A DNA stretch of 61,314 nt, the filler included, from Hausera hauseri (lineage: Eukaryota), in assembly GCA_046269625.1 (NCBI GenBank). It is 9 parts of 9 records of this genome, joined end to end, with 100 filler letters (N's around TTAATTAATTAA, not from the genome) between each part and the next. Parts side by side here need not be neighbours in the genome. Positions count along the whole stretch, not along the records: positions 51,381 to 55,900 come from JBJURY010543342.1; positions 56,001 to 61,314 come from JBJURY010281950.1; 7 more parts are not named here. The stretch is one strand, 5' to 3'. The notes beneath the pieces are model-generated. The model was not told where the DNA came from, did no database searches, and was given only the letters and a program-made list of their open reading frames with translations. Positions within the stretch are counted from its first letter, which is position 1. Each line of letters begins with the position of its first letter. Below are positions 51,381 to 61,314 of the stretch, piece after piece. Position numbers and translations under genes: made by a program.

Positions 51381-51531
51381 CTTTTACATCCCAAAAGTTG
51401 ACGTTCGTATTTATTGTTTTCCAAAAGAAATTGAATCATTTTCAAATAACTAACAACAAATAAATCGAGTCGTTGATTGTGGCAGGCATTTACTAACGAA
51501 TTAATAGTATTCATTGTGGATTGTGGTAGAC
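51381..51531 (-). CDS. EFR3: EFR3 homolog coding fragment
   Basis: MNTINSLVNACHNQRLDLFVVSYLKMIQFLLEN...QLLG matches the conserved EFR3 segment (MEALDQLLMACHSQSINLFVESFLKMVAKLLES...QILG). Confidence 0.75.
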
Positions 51532-51561
51532 TGTGGCGGCGCCCGAGTCCGCGGCACCACA
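51532..51561 (-). repeat. 30-bp TG...CA LTR-head motif
   Basis: TGTGGTGCCGCGGACTCGGGCGCCGCCACA follows the PPT GGGGTAG and matches 52916-52945 at 25 of 30 positions. Confidence 0.75.
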
Positions 51562-52160
51562 CTACCCCGTGTTACGAAGATGGCATTGTGTTAATGTAAT
51601 GGAAGTAAGAAGGCAAGGCAGAACGGTGTAAGCGAACTATTGAATCTTTGTATGGACTAGACGTTGAACCTTACCGATATTTTGTTCGCTGCTATATTTG
51701 CTGAAGATAACCGCCTTGCTCTGTTTAACGTGCTGTTTAGTCGTCTGCTGAGATGATTGGAATGAAGTTACTTTTATTACATGTCAGCAGCTTGAGAACT
51801 AGGGGGTATGTCGTTTAGTATAGGTTTTTGAGTTGATGTAGGTTTTGAAGTAGCAGATGGTCGTGTAGGCACAATGAAAGAAAAATTGAAGGAATCAAAA
51901 AAGGTTCGTGTAGACTCGGCTAAAGATTCTGGTGTGTCATTAACAAAGAATGCAGGTTTTACGTTAGTTATGTGCACGTTTTATTCTCTATTGTTTTTGA
52001 GTATTGTAACAGTATGAGAAGTCATATTGAGAACTTTGAATGGTCCTAAATAGTATGGTTGGAATCCGAAAGGTGAAGGGTTTTTAAACAGAGGAACTTT
52101 GCATTAAATAGTGAGTCAGGCAAGTATGTTTTGTCACCATGTATTATTCTACAATTTACG
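51562..52160 (-). mobile_element. 3' pol fragment of the CsRn1-like family
   Basis: GPF motif, HITNVKPAFFVND and the conserved terminal tail. Paralogous to about 52950-53500. Confidence 0.85.
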
Positions 52161-52216
52161 GGTGAAAGTATTAGTTACAACATGAAGCAACTCTTATTCA
52201 ATTGGATCTGTTGAAT

Positions 52217-52804
52217 TCACAGTTTCAGACAAAATAAACAGTACAAAATATACGTGTAAATGCATTTAGCAAAATTATCTTCACTTAAAATGCTGCATTC
52301 AATGGGATTTATCTCCGTCCATGTTTCTGTCGTGTCTGTCTTTATCGACTTAATATCGGTTGATATTCCGACACCGAATAAATGAGATAAATCGTTCGCT
52401 CTTAAAAACCGACCGGGTTCAAACAAATATTTCGTTTCTCGATTTTCCAAAAAAATTTTCCAAACCAAATCATTTATCATACTCCATGAACTCGTTTTAA
52501 TGAGATTTTGTCGTACTTTTCGCCGAGTTTTCGTCAGTAAATTTTCCCATTTCTTTTTCACTTGTTCGGGAGTTCTCCGTGGAAAATAAGTTACCATAAT
52601 GATTGTCACTTCTTCCCATTCAGCTTTTTTAGTCGATGAGACGAAGGAGATAGAGACAGCAGAATATCACTACGACTTCTCATTTCTTTTAGCATTAATT
52701 CGATTTGCGGCAATAGGAAAACTATCAGCGCGGTTTTTTGCCTAATTCTTTTCTTGGCTATCCATCGGTCGGGTTTGATTGAAGCTGGAATTCATTGAAT
52801 CCAT
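52217..52804 (-). pseudogene. Myb/SANT-like DNA-binding domain protein (MSANTD/Harbinger-type), degenerate
   Basis: IELMLKEM..ILLS....LKK.EWEEV....RRTPEQVKKKWENLLTKTRRK. ATG at 52804, with a stop and frameshifts in the 5' part. Confidence 0.7.
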
Positions 52805-52915
52805 TTCGATTAGTGTTAGAATATGTTTTGTTATGAAGCAAAGATGAGAAATGAACCCATAGACAAAATTTGATAATGAACAAATTTTACGAACGTGTGC
52901 TTGTAAATCAATTTC

Positions 52916-52945
52916 TGTGGTGGCGTCCGAGTCGGCGGCATGACA
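52916..52945 (-). repeat. 30-bp TG...CA LTR-head motif
   Basis: TGTCATGCCGCCGACTCGGACGCCACCACA follows the PPT GGGGAGTAG. Confidence 0.75.
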
Positions 52946-55900
52946 CTACTCCCCGTTATCAAGGTGACACTAATTGGGCATTGATGTAAGAGAAACCAGA
53001 AGGCAAAGTAAAACGGTGTATGTAAACTATTGAGTCTTTGTGTGGACGTTGAATTTTATCGAAATTTTGTTCTCTGTTATATTTGCTGAAGGTAACCGTC
53101 TTGTTCTGTTTAACGTGCGGTTTAGTCATCTGCTGAGATGATTGGGATGAAGTTATATTTTGATTTGACATGTTGGCAGTTTGAGAATTAGTCGGTGTGT
53201 CGTTTAGTACAGATTTTTGTGTTTATGCCGATTTTAGAGTAGCTGGTTGTCGTGTAGGTAGAATGGAAGAAGAATTGAATGAGTCAAGAAAGGCTTGTGT
53301 GGATTCAGTTGAGGGATCCGGTGTATCGTTAACGAAGAATGCGGATTTCACGTTAGCTATGTGCAAGTTTTGTTCTTTGTTGTTTTTGAGTATTGTAACC
53401 GTGTGTGAATTTAGCTTGAGAACTTTAAATGGTCCTAAGTAGTTTGGGTGGAATCCGGAAGATTGAATATTGAGTCAGGTAAATGTTTTATCGCCATCAA
53501 TTATTTTGCAGAAGGAATCCTGACTTAGCCGAACGAAATGATTTTGTGTGGACCTAATGATTTTTTCATTGAACTTATCCAAATCTGTAAGTTCAAAAAG
53601 TGCACGAATTGTGGTACCAAAAAGTGCTTCAGCGGGTGCACAACCGGTTGTAGTAGACGGCTTGTTGCGCCACCCGAATACAACGAAAGGAAGGATGGTT
53701 GCCCAGTTCGTATGACTTTCGGCCAGAATTTTTAGGGAGATTTTAAGTGTGCTGTGAAATCGTTCCAATAAGCCGTTTGACTGAGAGTGATATGAAGCTG
53801 TGTGTATATGATTTATGCCCAGTCGATTAACTAAAGACTTGAATAGGTTCGATTCAAATTGAGGATCTTGGTTTGTAATTATATAGCGTGGTGAACCGAA
53901 CCGGCTAATCCAAATTCTTATGAATGCGTCGGCTATGGAGTCTATATTGATGGAGCGCAAAGGGACCGCTTCAGGACAACGAGACGCGCGGTCCATCATT
54001 GCTAGGATAAATTGGTGGTTGTTATCGGAAGGTAATGGGCCGACAGATTCAAAACGGGACGTGCAGGGAAAATGAAATAAAGATGGCTTAAAATGCTTGG
54101 CTACCTTAAATTTTTGGCAAGATACGCATTGTTTAACCCATCTCTGCACGTCAGATCTCATTGATAACCATGTAACATGACGTTTGAGGAGGCGGAATGT
54201 TGCCTTGGAACCTGGGTGATGCAAAGAATGAACGTGTTGAAACGCAGTTTGTTGGAGAGAAGGTGCCAAAATTGGCAAATGTTGCCCAGGCGTCGACGTG
54301 TCTATGGCTATTCCATCGATGATTTGTACGGATTTGTATTGTTTAAAAGTTTCAGCGCAAGGGGAATTTTGGATTAATTGTTCCTTACAGAATATTGGTA
54401 TGACACTAATAGCATTAACTGACCGTGATAAGAAGTCGGCTATTAAATTGTCTGTGCCGAATATATGGCAAATTTTAAAGTTAAATTTTTACAGATATGA
54501 GATATGTCGTTCTTGTCGGAGTGATGGTTGTTTTATGTTCATTACGTGAACGAGACATTTATGGTCCGTTTAAATGGTGAATAAACGAGCGATAAGCAAA
54601 TAAGAAAAATGTTTAAGAGCCAAAACAATTGCCAAGAGCTCAATATCGAAGGTGGAATAACGGCGTTCTTGTGGCTGGACCTTACGTGAAAAAAATTCTA
54701 GCGGCTCATTTATCCATTGAAATATTTCATAAAGAACCGCTCCTACTGCTGTAGTGGATGCGTCGGTTGTTAAAATGAGGTCAGCATCAGGTTTTGAGTA
54801 AGCCAAAATCTCAACTGTTTTAAGCTTGTCACGGAGTTTATCGAACTGGTTAACAAGTTCTGCTATCCAATATATAATCTTTTTCTTCGGCCCTACTCCT
54901 GGTTGAGCAAAAGCAGCAGTTAACTGGCTACAGTGTGGGACATATTTGTGGACAAAATGAAAAGTCCCAAGGAAAGTGCGCATGTCAATAGTGGTTTTGG
55001 GTAGCTCGGTGTTTCGTAATTGATGAATTCTATCAGGGTGTGGACTGTGACCGTCAGATGTGATGACGTGGCCAAGGAAATTTACCATTTTCTGGAATAA
55101 AGAACACTTAGAAAAGTTCACATGCAAACTGTAGTTGTGCAAGCGTTGGAAAATTAGTCTAAGATGTTCTTCGTGTTGTTTGGGCGATGCCGATATGACT
55201 AGTATGTCATCGATGTACGGATATATAAATGGCAAGCCTGAAAGGGCTGAATCAGTGTGCAGTTGAAAGGTTTGTGCTGCGTTCTTTAATTCGAGCGACA
55301 TGAATGCGTATTCGAAAAGACCAAAAGGTGTTATTATGGCCGTTTTTGGATGTCTTCAGGTGCTATCGGTATTTGGTGGTAGGCTTTTCAAGATCTATAG
55401 TCGAATAAATTGTGGTCTTGTGTAAAGAATGCAATATATTCTTAATCAAAGGTAGGGGATAAGAATCCATGGTAGTGTCGTTATTAAGTTAGCGATAATC
55501 GCCGCATAGACGGAATGTGCCATCTTTCTTTGGGACGACGTGGATTGGTGATGTCCACGGTAATTTTTACCGTTTTTTTATTCAGCTTTCTCGAGTGCAG
55601 AGAATTCCGCTTGGACTGCTTGTCGACGGCGTGGTCAAAGTGGGCGGAGTTTTTGCCTAACGGGCCTAGAATTTTCTGTGATGATATGATGAAGCGTCGT
55701 GTTAGCTGCTCAAAATGCTGGGACTTTTTTATTGTATGACAAGATTTGGTTAAACATTGTTGCATTTCTATGCTAAGTGTAGTAAAGACTGTTGTTGATG
55801 TTATGGCAGTGGCTTGATTGGACTTAGTGTGACAAACGGTAGAAATCGGACCGCCTAAATTGAACTTCAACAGAAACGTAGGACTATTTATATTAGTCTT
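52946..55900 (-). mobile_element. Degenerate CsRn1-like Gypsy pol (RT, RNase H, integrase, tail)
   Basis: Motifs NAAQTFQ, YIDDILV, TTDASTTAVGAVL, FDIELLA, HSLHHPG..CVSCQ, QSNGLLERFH and tail KTVTFSKYNREQ. Confidence 0.93.
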
Positions 55901-56000
55901 NNNNNNNNNNNNNNNNNNNNNNNNNNNNNNNNNNNNNNNNNNNNTTAATTAATTAANNNNNNNNNNNNNNNNNNNNNNNNNNNNNNNNNNNNNNNNNNNN
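55901..56000. other. Artificial contig linker
   Basis: N44-TTAATTAATTAA-N44. Confidence 0.99.
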
Positions 56001-56193
56001 GAGATGTGTAGATACATGTATATGTATGAAATGCAGATGTATCTGAAGCAATTTCATTCTTACTACTATGTAGGTAAATATAACACATTGTAATAAATAA
56101 ATCAATTCATCGTGCATGTTGGTTGCAAGTAGTGAGCAATGCAAATGCATTAAGCTAAATAGGTAAATAACATACATAATAATCAATAAACCA

Positions 56194-56560
56194 ATGCACT
56201 CATTTAGATTGGTATCAGATTCAAGGAATATTTGGATTATAGCTTTAAATTATGGAGAAGGGGATGAGGGAAACTATGTTCCAATTGAAGTATCAGTCCG
56301 AGAAGCGGACGGTGTCGAGATTTACTCAAAGATAATCAGCCCAAGAAAAGGGATCAGAGAAACTTATGCGGAAGTGACTGGAATAAGAAAAGAACAGCTA
56401 GCACATGGCAAGGATATTGAATTGTTGTGTGAAGAATTAACACATTGTCTATACGTTTGTATTCTCATTGGATACCAGATAGAATTGATTGCGGAAAACT
56501 AAAGATGCCCGTTACACATATAACAGGCATGCGTGAAATAGAGACCCACACTACAATAAT
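56194..56560 (+). pseudogene. REX4/ISG20-like DEDDh exonuclease domain, degenerate
   Basis: IALNYG..EVSVREADGVEIYSKIISP..IRETYAEVTGIRKEQLAHG....L....ILIGYQI aligns by eye with REX4-like ALDCE..RVSIV..G..VYD.YVKP..VTDYRT.VSGIR.EHL...ILVGH. The ExoI DxE motif is not retained. Confidence 0.65.
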
Positions 56561-57716
56561 GGGACGAATGGAACACAACCTAAAGGAAAGAAAAGGATAT
56601 CTGCTGCCGACCGTTGAAGGTCGATTTAAGTTAATACTCGAATCAATGAGCGGAACGCATATTAAGATAAGTCGTTTGTTGACAGCTAATCAACGTTCCC
56701 AATATTTACGAGATATAAGTGCCGGATTAAAATGGGATCATGAATGGCTTCCAGACAATCCAAGTCAAAATTTAAGAAGTTCCACATACCCAGAAAAATT
56801 GAATAATAGGCACAGATGACATTTCCAACCCTATTTCCACCTTAGGGATGTGGAAACAACAGAACGACCAAATTACCGGATAACTATATCAGGACTCAAT
56901 CCGGAAAATCCGAGGAGAAAACGAAGATGGACGATAAACCTAGTACAAGTTATCGTCTAAGGGCACCAATACAACCCATAGAACCATATAAAGAATTTAA
57001 GGTACCAGAGATTCCTAAAAAATACCAAGAAAAGGGACATGAAACTGAAAATAGTGCCCGCCAACAAAATGGAGATATTCCTCTATGACTATTTATTTAA
57101 GAAGAAAAACAAGACCGTGAGGGTAGACCAAGGAATGAACCTTACTCAAAAACGAGACGATCGTGTTACTAAGTTCGTCAGAGAACCTGTAACCAAGGAA
57201 ATTCCGTCAACATTCAAAAAGAACCAAGCAACAGCTCAAAGTCTGAAAGGACAAAAACGTAAGGAACCGTCGGGTGAACCGAAACAACAAATTACAGAGG
57301 TAAACGTACTCCGGAAGAGGGACTCCAAGGAAGACAATCAATTTGCAACGATAAAAGGGGTACTCAAAAATGCTGATAACTACTGAATATGACAGTCATC
57401 AGAAAATCAAGGAGGTGATGTTTTTCATTAAAACCACTCCAGTCATAAAAGTTTATGAAAATACTTATATCTGGGAGAACCCGAAAATTGGAAAATATAT
57501 TTCGCCAGTTTTCCAGTCGAAAAGAAATGGGAAGCTGACGGTGCCAGTAGATAAACTAACAAGATTCTTATTGAAAAAACAATACCAGAGATATAAGTTG
57601 GCTGGTGAGATTCCCGACTTAGATCGAAATACCATTAGTGACTGGACATTAGTGTCAGTAAATTGTGACCCAAAAGAAGTTCCATTAACCAGAAACAAAA
57701 AAGAATTCACGGATAT

Positions 57717-58022
57717 TTGTACCAAGATGAAGAGGGTCTCGTGTATGAACCGATAGAGCTTATAATAAAGGTAGACCTTGATGACGAAAACTGGGAAAAA
57801 GGGGAAAATGAGTGCCCAATGTGTGAAGCAGACCTGAAGCAAGGGTATGTAATCTTGGATAACCCAGACTGTAGGCATAAATACTGCCGAGACTGTCTAG
57901 AAAAATGGACATTAGACAACGGTAAAACCACATGTCCAGTATGTAGGGCAGAAGTGACGTTATTTGAAATATTTCTCGAACGGAGGCTATACTCGCATAG
58001 TCAGAATAAAACCCCACTATAG
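57717..58022 (+). CDS. C3HC4 RING finger at the end of a frameshifted long ORF chain (56194-58022)
   Basis: CPMC-x15-CRHKYCRDCLEKW-x8-CPVCR. Confidence 0.85.
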   Translation: MYQDEEGLVYEPIELIIKVDLDDENWEKGENECPMCEADLKQGYVILDNPDCRHKYCRDCLEKWTLDNGKTTCPVCRAEVTLFEIFLERRLYSHSQNKTPL

Positions 58023-58149
58023 TTATGAGTTGGAGACGAATTCTGGAGAAAATCAGACAAGTATGCACTCAGAGACCAGTTTACGACGTCAGTTGAACTT
58101 ACTAAGAGCCTCGCTCGGGCGTCACCTCTCCTGACGCAATAGGCACATC

Positions 58150-58652
58150 CGAGGATGCCGCTCAGGGCGGAGAAATGTCAGGAAATTCTGGTCATGCTAA
58201 CGACAAAAATTTAGTCACGATATGACAGCTGGCCGGAATTCATAAATTGAAATAAGAAAAGATTTTAAAATGTAAATATCGATTTGTACAGGAAATTATT
58301 ATATCTATGTATAAAGATTGACAGTAAACGCAAGCATATATTTTATTAGCAGCGGAAAAGGAATTAAAATTAATTTTAATCTCACAAAAAGGAAATCTTA
58401 AGTGCAGCTGGTGAAGTTAGAAAGGTATACATAAACAGTGCGAAAGTTAACAAAAGAGACTGACAAATGGTGAAACGAAGAAGCGACAGAGCTTAGATTC
58501 CGAAATTGATATTCTACATTGACTATTGACTACTTCGTGATCATCATGCATTCTGGGTTGTATTTAGTTATTTGGTAATTTGTTATTAAAATAAATTGTG
58601 TATTCATTTAAATTCTATATAATTTTTCACCGCTTCTTAAAAGTGGTTAGAC
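58150..58652 (+). repeat. Putative PPT and 3' LTR
   Basis: CGAGGATG...AGGGCGGAGAAA is followed by TGTCAGG at 58176, a Gypsy-like PPT/LTR boundary. The right end is uncertain: CTGACA at 58465, or TAGACA at about 58652 after an AATAAA. Confidence 0.4.
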
Positions 58653-58813
58653 ATACACTAAGTCTTAAAATACAGAGTAAAATCCATAGCTAAGACTAGA
58701 ATTTGAGCAACATAAATTGCAAGAGAGTACACGCATTGACCCGCATCAAATTAAATTATTTATAAGGTACAATCAGTCTATCCGAGAACGGAAGACCTTA
58801 CCTGCACATAGAT

Positions 58814-59191
58814 CAGTGCTTTCCAACCGTGGTCCACTGGACCGCAAGGGGTCCACAGAGAATCTCAGAGGGTCCACGAAAGATTTTTGAAATGTTTAAA
58901 AATACTAGGGTTTTGAGAACGTAAATTTGATGGGAAGTTAAACTGAGCAATCCCTAAATTTCAAATTTCGCGCTCGCTTTGCTCGTGTATATATCAAATT
59001 TTGAACTCGATTCCTGGTGATTGAAAAAGTGGTGTTTGTTTTTGGTAAATATGTCGGTTTATCTGATATTGGCTATTTAATCAATAAATTTTACATACAT
59101 CAGATGAATACCCTGCTGTATATTGCAGGGGTCCATGGGGGAAAATTTTTCCATTTGGGGTCCACAGCCTTGTTTCGGTTGGAAGGCACTG
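58814..59191. mobile_element. hAT (Charlie/Buster-like) MITE, 378 bp
   Basis: TIRs CAGTGCTTTCCAACCG and CGGTTGGAAGGCACTG match at 15 of 16 positions, with subterminal GGGGTCCA repeats. The 8-bp flanks are both TA-centred but not identical. Confidence 0.8.
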
Positions 59192-61314
59192 CTTTAAACG
59201 ATAAAGTTAAAATTTTGAACAGTGAACAAACATATTTATTCCGCAGCTCGATGTTTGTCAACAAATTGCAATTTCCATAACCACTTATGTAGGAAATATG
59301 TGATAAAGCAATAAAATTAAGTTTCGGAAAGCTTTTAAAGATACGACAGTGCCTATATGTCATCATTTTGGTTATTTGTCTAAATAAATATTTGAATTTC
59401 AGTTTGCAGAACCACTGAAATTAATTAAACAATTTCCTTTTCATATGACAGAACAAAAAGCAATTATTCAATTATTCACTTTCAGAATTTTGGTTAAAAA
59501 ACCTGTTAAACATACGAATTGCGAAATAACAAAATGATGGAGCCTAAGATGTCGACCTAAAATTGAAAATACATTCGATCAATACAATATTATCGAAATT
59601 TAGTAAATACAATTAATCGAATGTTTTTATACGTTTCAAGTTTTCTATTATGAAACTAAAAATATCCAAGAATAGTATGACTGGACCCTTTTCCAATTAA
59701 ATTGGAAATACATGTCGACAAATCTCACCAAACCGTGGCAATTAAAATTCCGTAAGTTCGAAAACTAATTGGCTCATAACATTAGCAAAAAAGTCAGAAT
59801 AAATTGGCTATAATCTAAAGCTAATTGCGATTATGTTGCCATTTCAACGTATGGATAAATCGAAAGATAAAAATGTCTCCATTTTGGAAGTTTTGTTTAT
59901 TGATAAAAGAAAGATATTGAACAATATCTCTATTAGGCTCTATCTATCATTAAGGCGCAATCTCTGTCGGAGCCAATTCTGAATTCCAGTAAATACAAAA
60001 TTCATGGATTTTGTCAATTATTCAGACCATTATAGTCGCAACTAGCTAGATGAAAAACGAAAAAAAAATTTCTATTCAAAATAAACTTCGTTTATGCTTG
60101 TCAATTGTGTGCAGACCAGGAAAGAAAGGCGTACACACAAACAGAATAAATCGAGAACAAGTTGATGTTAGTCCGAACGCATACAGTCGCTATTAGATTT
60201 GTGTATTCATCTAGATTAGTTACAATAGATTAGATTTCATTTACTGCAAAACAGATACCTGCTTTGTATGATATAGTCAGCATAAAACGGTTTGTATTAT
60301 AATTTACTGTGAAGTTTATTAAATAAGAAATTAGTACCAGCATTACAAGAATTGATAAACATTGAAGTACCATACATAAGCAGTAAATGAGGAACTAAAA
60401 GTGGTTGATGAAGAGAACTAAAGGTGGGATAACTAAACAAATCTTGGAACAAACTTGAATGACTGGTTCATGATGGGAAGACTTGACATAAACTAGCAGC
60501 AAGTGTCCGTTTATGAAACTATAAGCTTTGCCTCAAGGCACATCAGTAACATTTAGCATTGATTCTGGCCGAGGTGATTGTGTAAATTATGAACTGTTAA
60601 AAAAAATAAAAAACTTCTGTTACTCAGAACATTTTGTTTGTATATATGTGTTCAGAAATATACTTTTGTGCTTGCATACCAACTTTCTTTCCTGTATTCT
60701 TTAGTGATATGAACATATAATCTTCTGTATTCATTCGTGTAATGAATGAATGTACATTGTTTTGGTTTGAAAAATACACTCTATTGGTGGGTTTGTGTTC
60801 ATTCAGAACAAACTCTATGGTTGGCTGTTTCAGAGTACTAGGTCTCCTTTTGTGTTGCATGGCCATTTAAGTGCGCCTGAAATTTGGAGTTCAGTACTAT
60901 CCAGCATCTATCTTCAGTGGTCTGGACATTTGAGAACCAGCTGTCTAGCAGGAAGGGGTAATCTGAAGGATGGACCATAAATAAACTCCACCCCACTTTA
61001 AAGAAGAAAGAACCAGCACAGCCTTGTCTGTACCTAATAAGGATCACAACTAAATCATTTTTTTAAACAAAAACAATACGTTACTTACATGTTATCTGTG
61101 GTTTCAGTAGTCTAACACAGATTATATATTACACTAGTATAGTTGTTCATTTTCATACACATTCCAATTCTACAACTTTGAGAAAACTTATTTGCAAAAC
61201 ATGTATGAAGAGAATTATGAAAACAGTCACTTTCGTAGATATGCTTTTCATGTCATTATTTCTGAAGAAGCTGCTGAAACTTTAAAACTACCAAAAAATC
61301 AAGGCGTTTGACTG

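Noticed and set aside
7173-56000. Recurrent TTAATTAATTAA within N runs, and any cross-contig 'cluster' such as ZNFX1 next to PolB
   Set aside because: These are artificial linkers. Neighbouring contigs are not shown to be linked and may not even come from one organism.

Overview
The window is not continuous DNA. It consists of nine contigs (1-7172, 7273-14438, 14539-20317, 20418-25462, 25563-34550, 34651-41103, 41204-51280, 51381-55900, 56001-61314) joined by artificial 100-nt N44-TTAATTAATTAA-N44 linkers, so adjacency across a linker is meaningless. The sequence is AT-rich and looks like invertebrate animal DNA dominated by decayed mobile elements; the species cannot be assigned. It contains seven complete or partial copies of one Ty3/Gypsy family with CHCC-type (CsRn1-like) Gag, a second Gypsy element with a long env-like 3' extension, a decayed Polinton/adintovirus-type PolB, a tRNA-derived SINE, a hAT MITE, LINE scraps and minisatellites. 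Host-like sequence comprises one intact ZNFX1-like helicase ORF plus EFR3, vezatin-like and Myb/SANT fragments. The most notable signal is virus-like cargo on the LTR retroelements: (1) a ubiquitin-like domain ending LRIRGG fused to the Gag N-terminus in two diverged copies; (2) a Bcl-2-like domain whose hydrophobic tail leads in frame into a chuvirus-type glycoprotein; (3) same-strand host-like coding fragments next to a short conserved LTR-head motif or between the PBS and gag; (4) a pol-fused membrane glycoprotein polyprotein; (5) a DEDDh-exonuclease plus RING ORF chain ahead of a putative PPT/LTR. All homology calls come from motif recognition by eye and need database confirmation.
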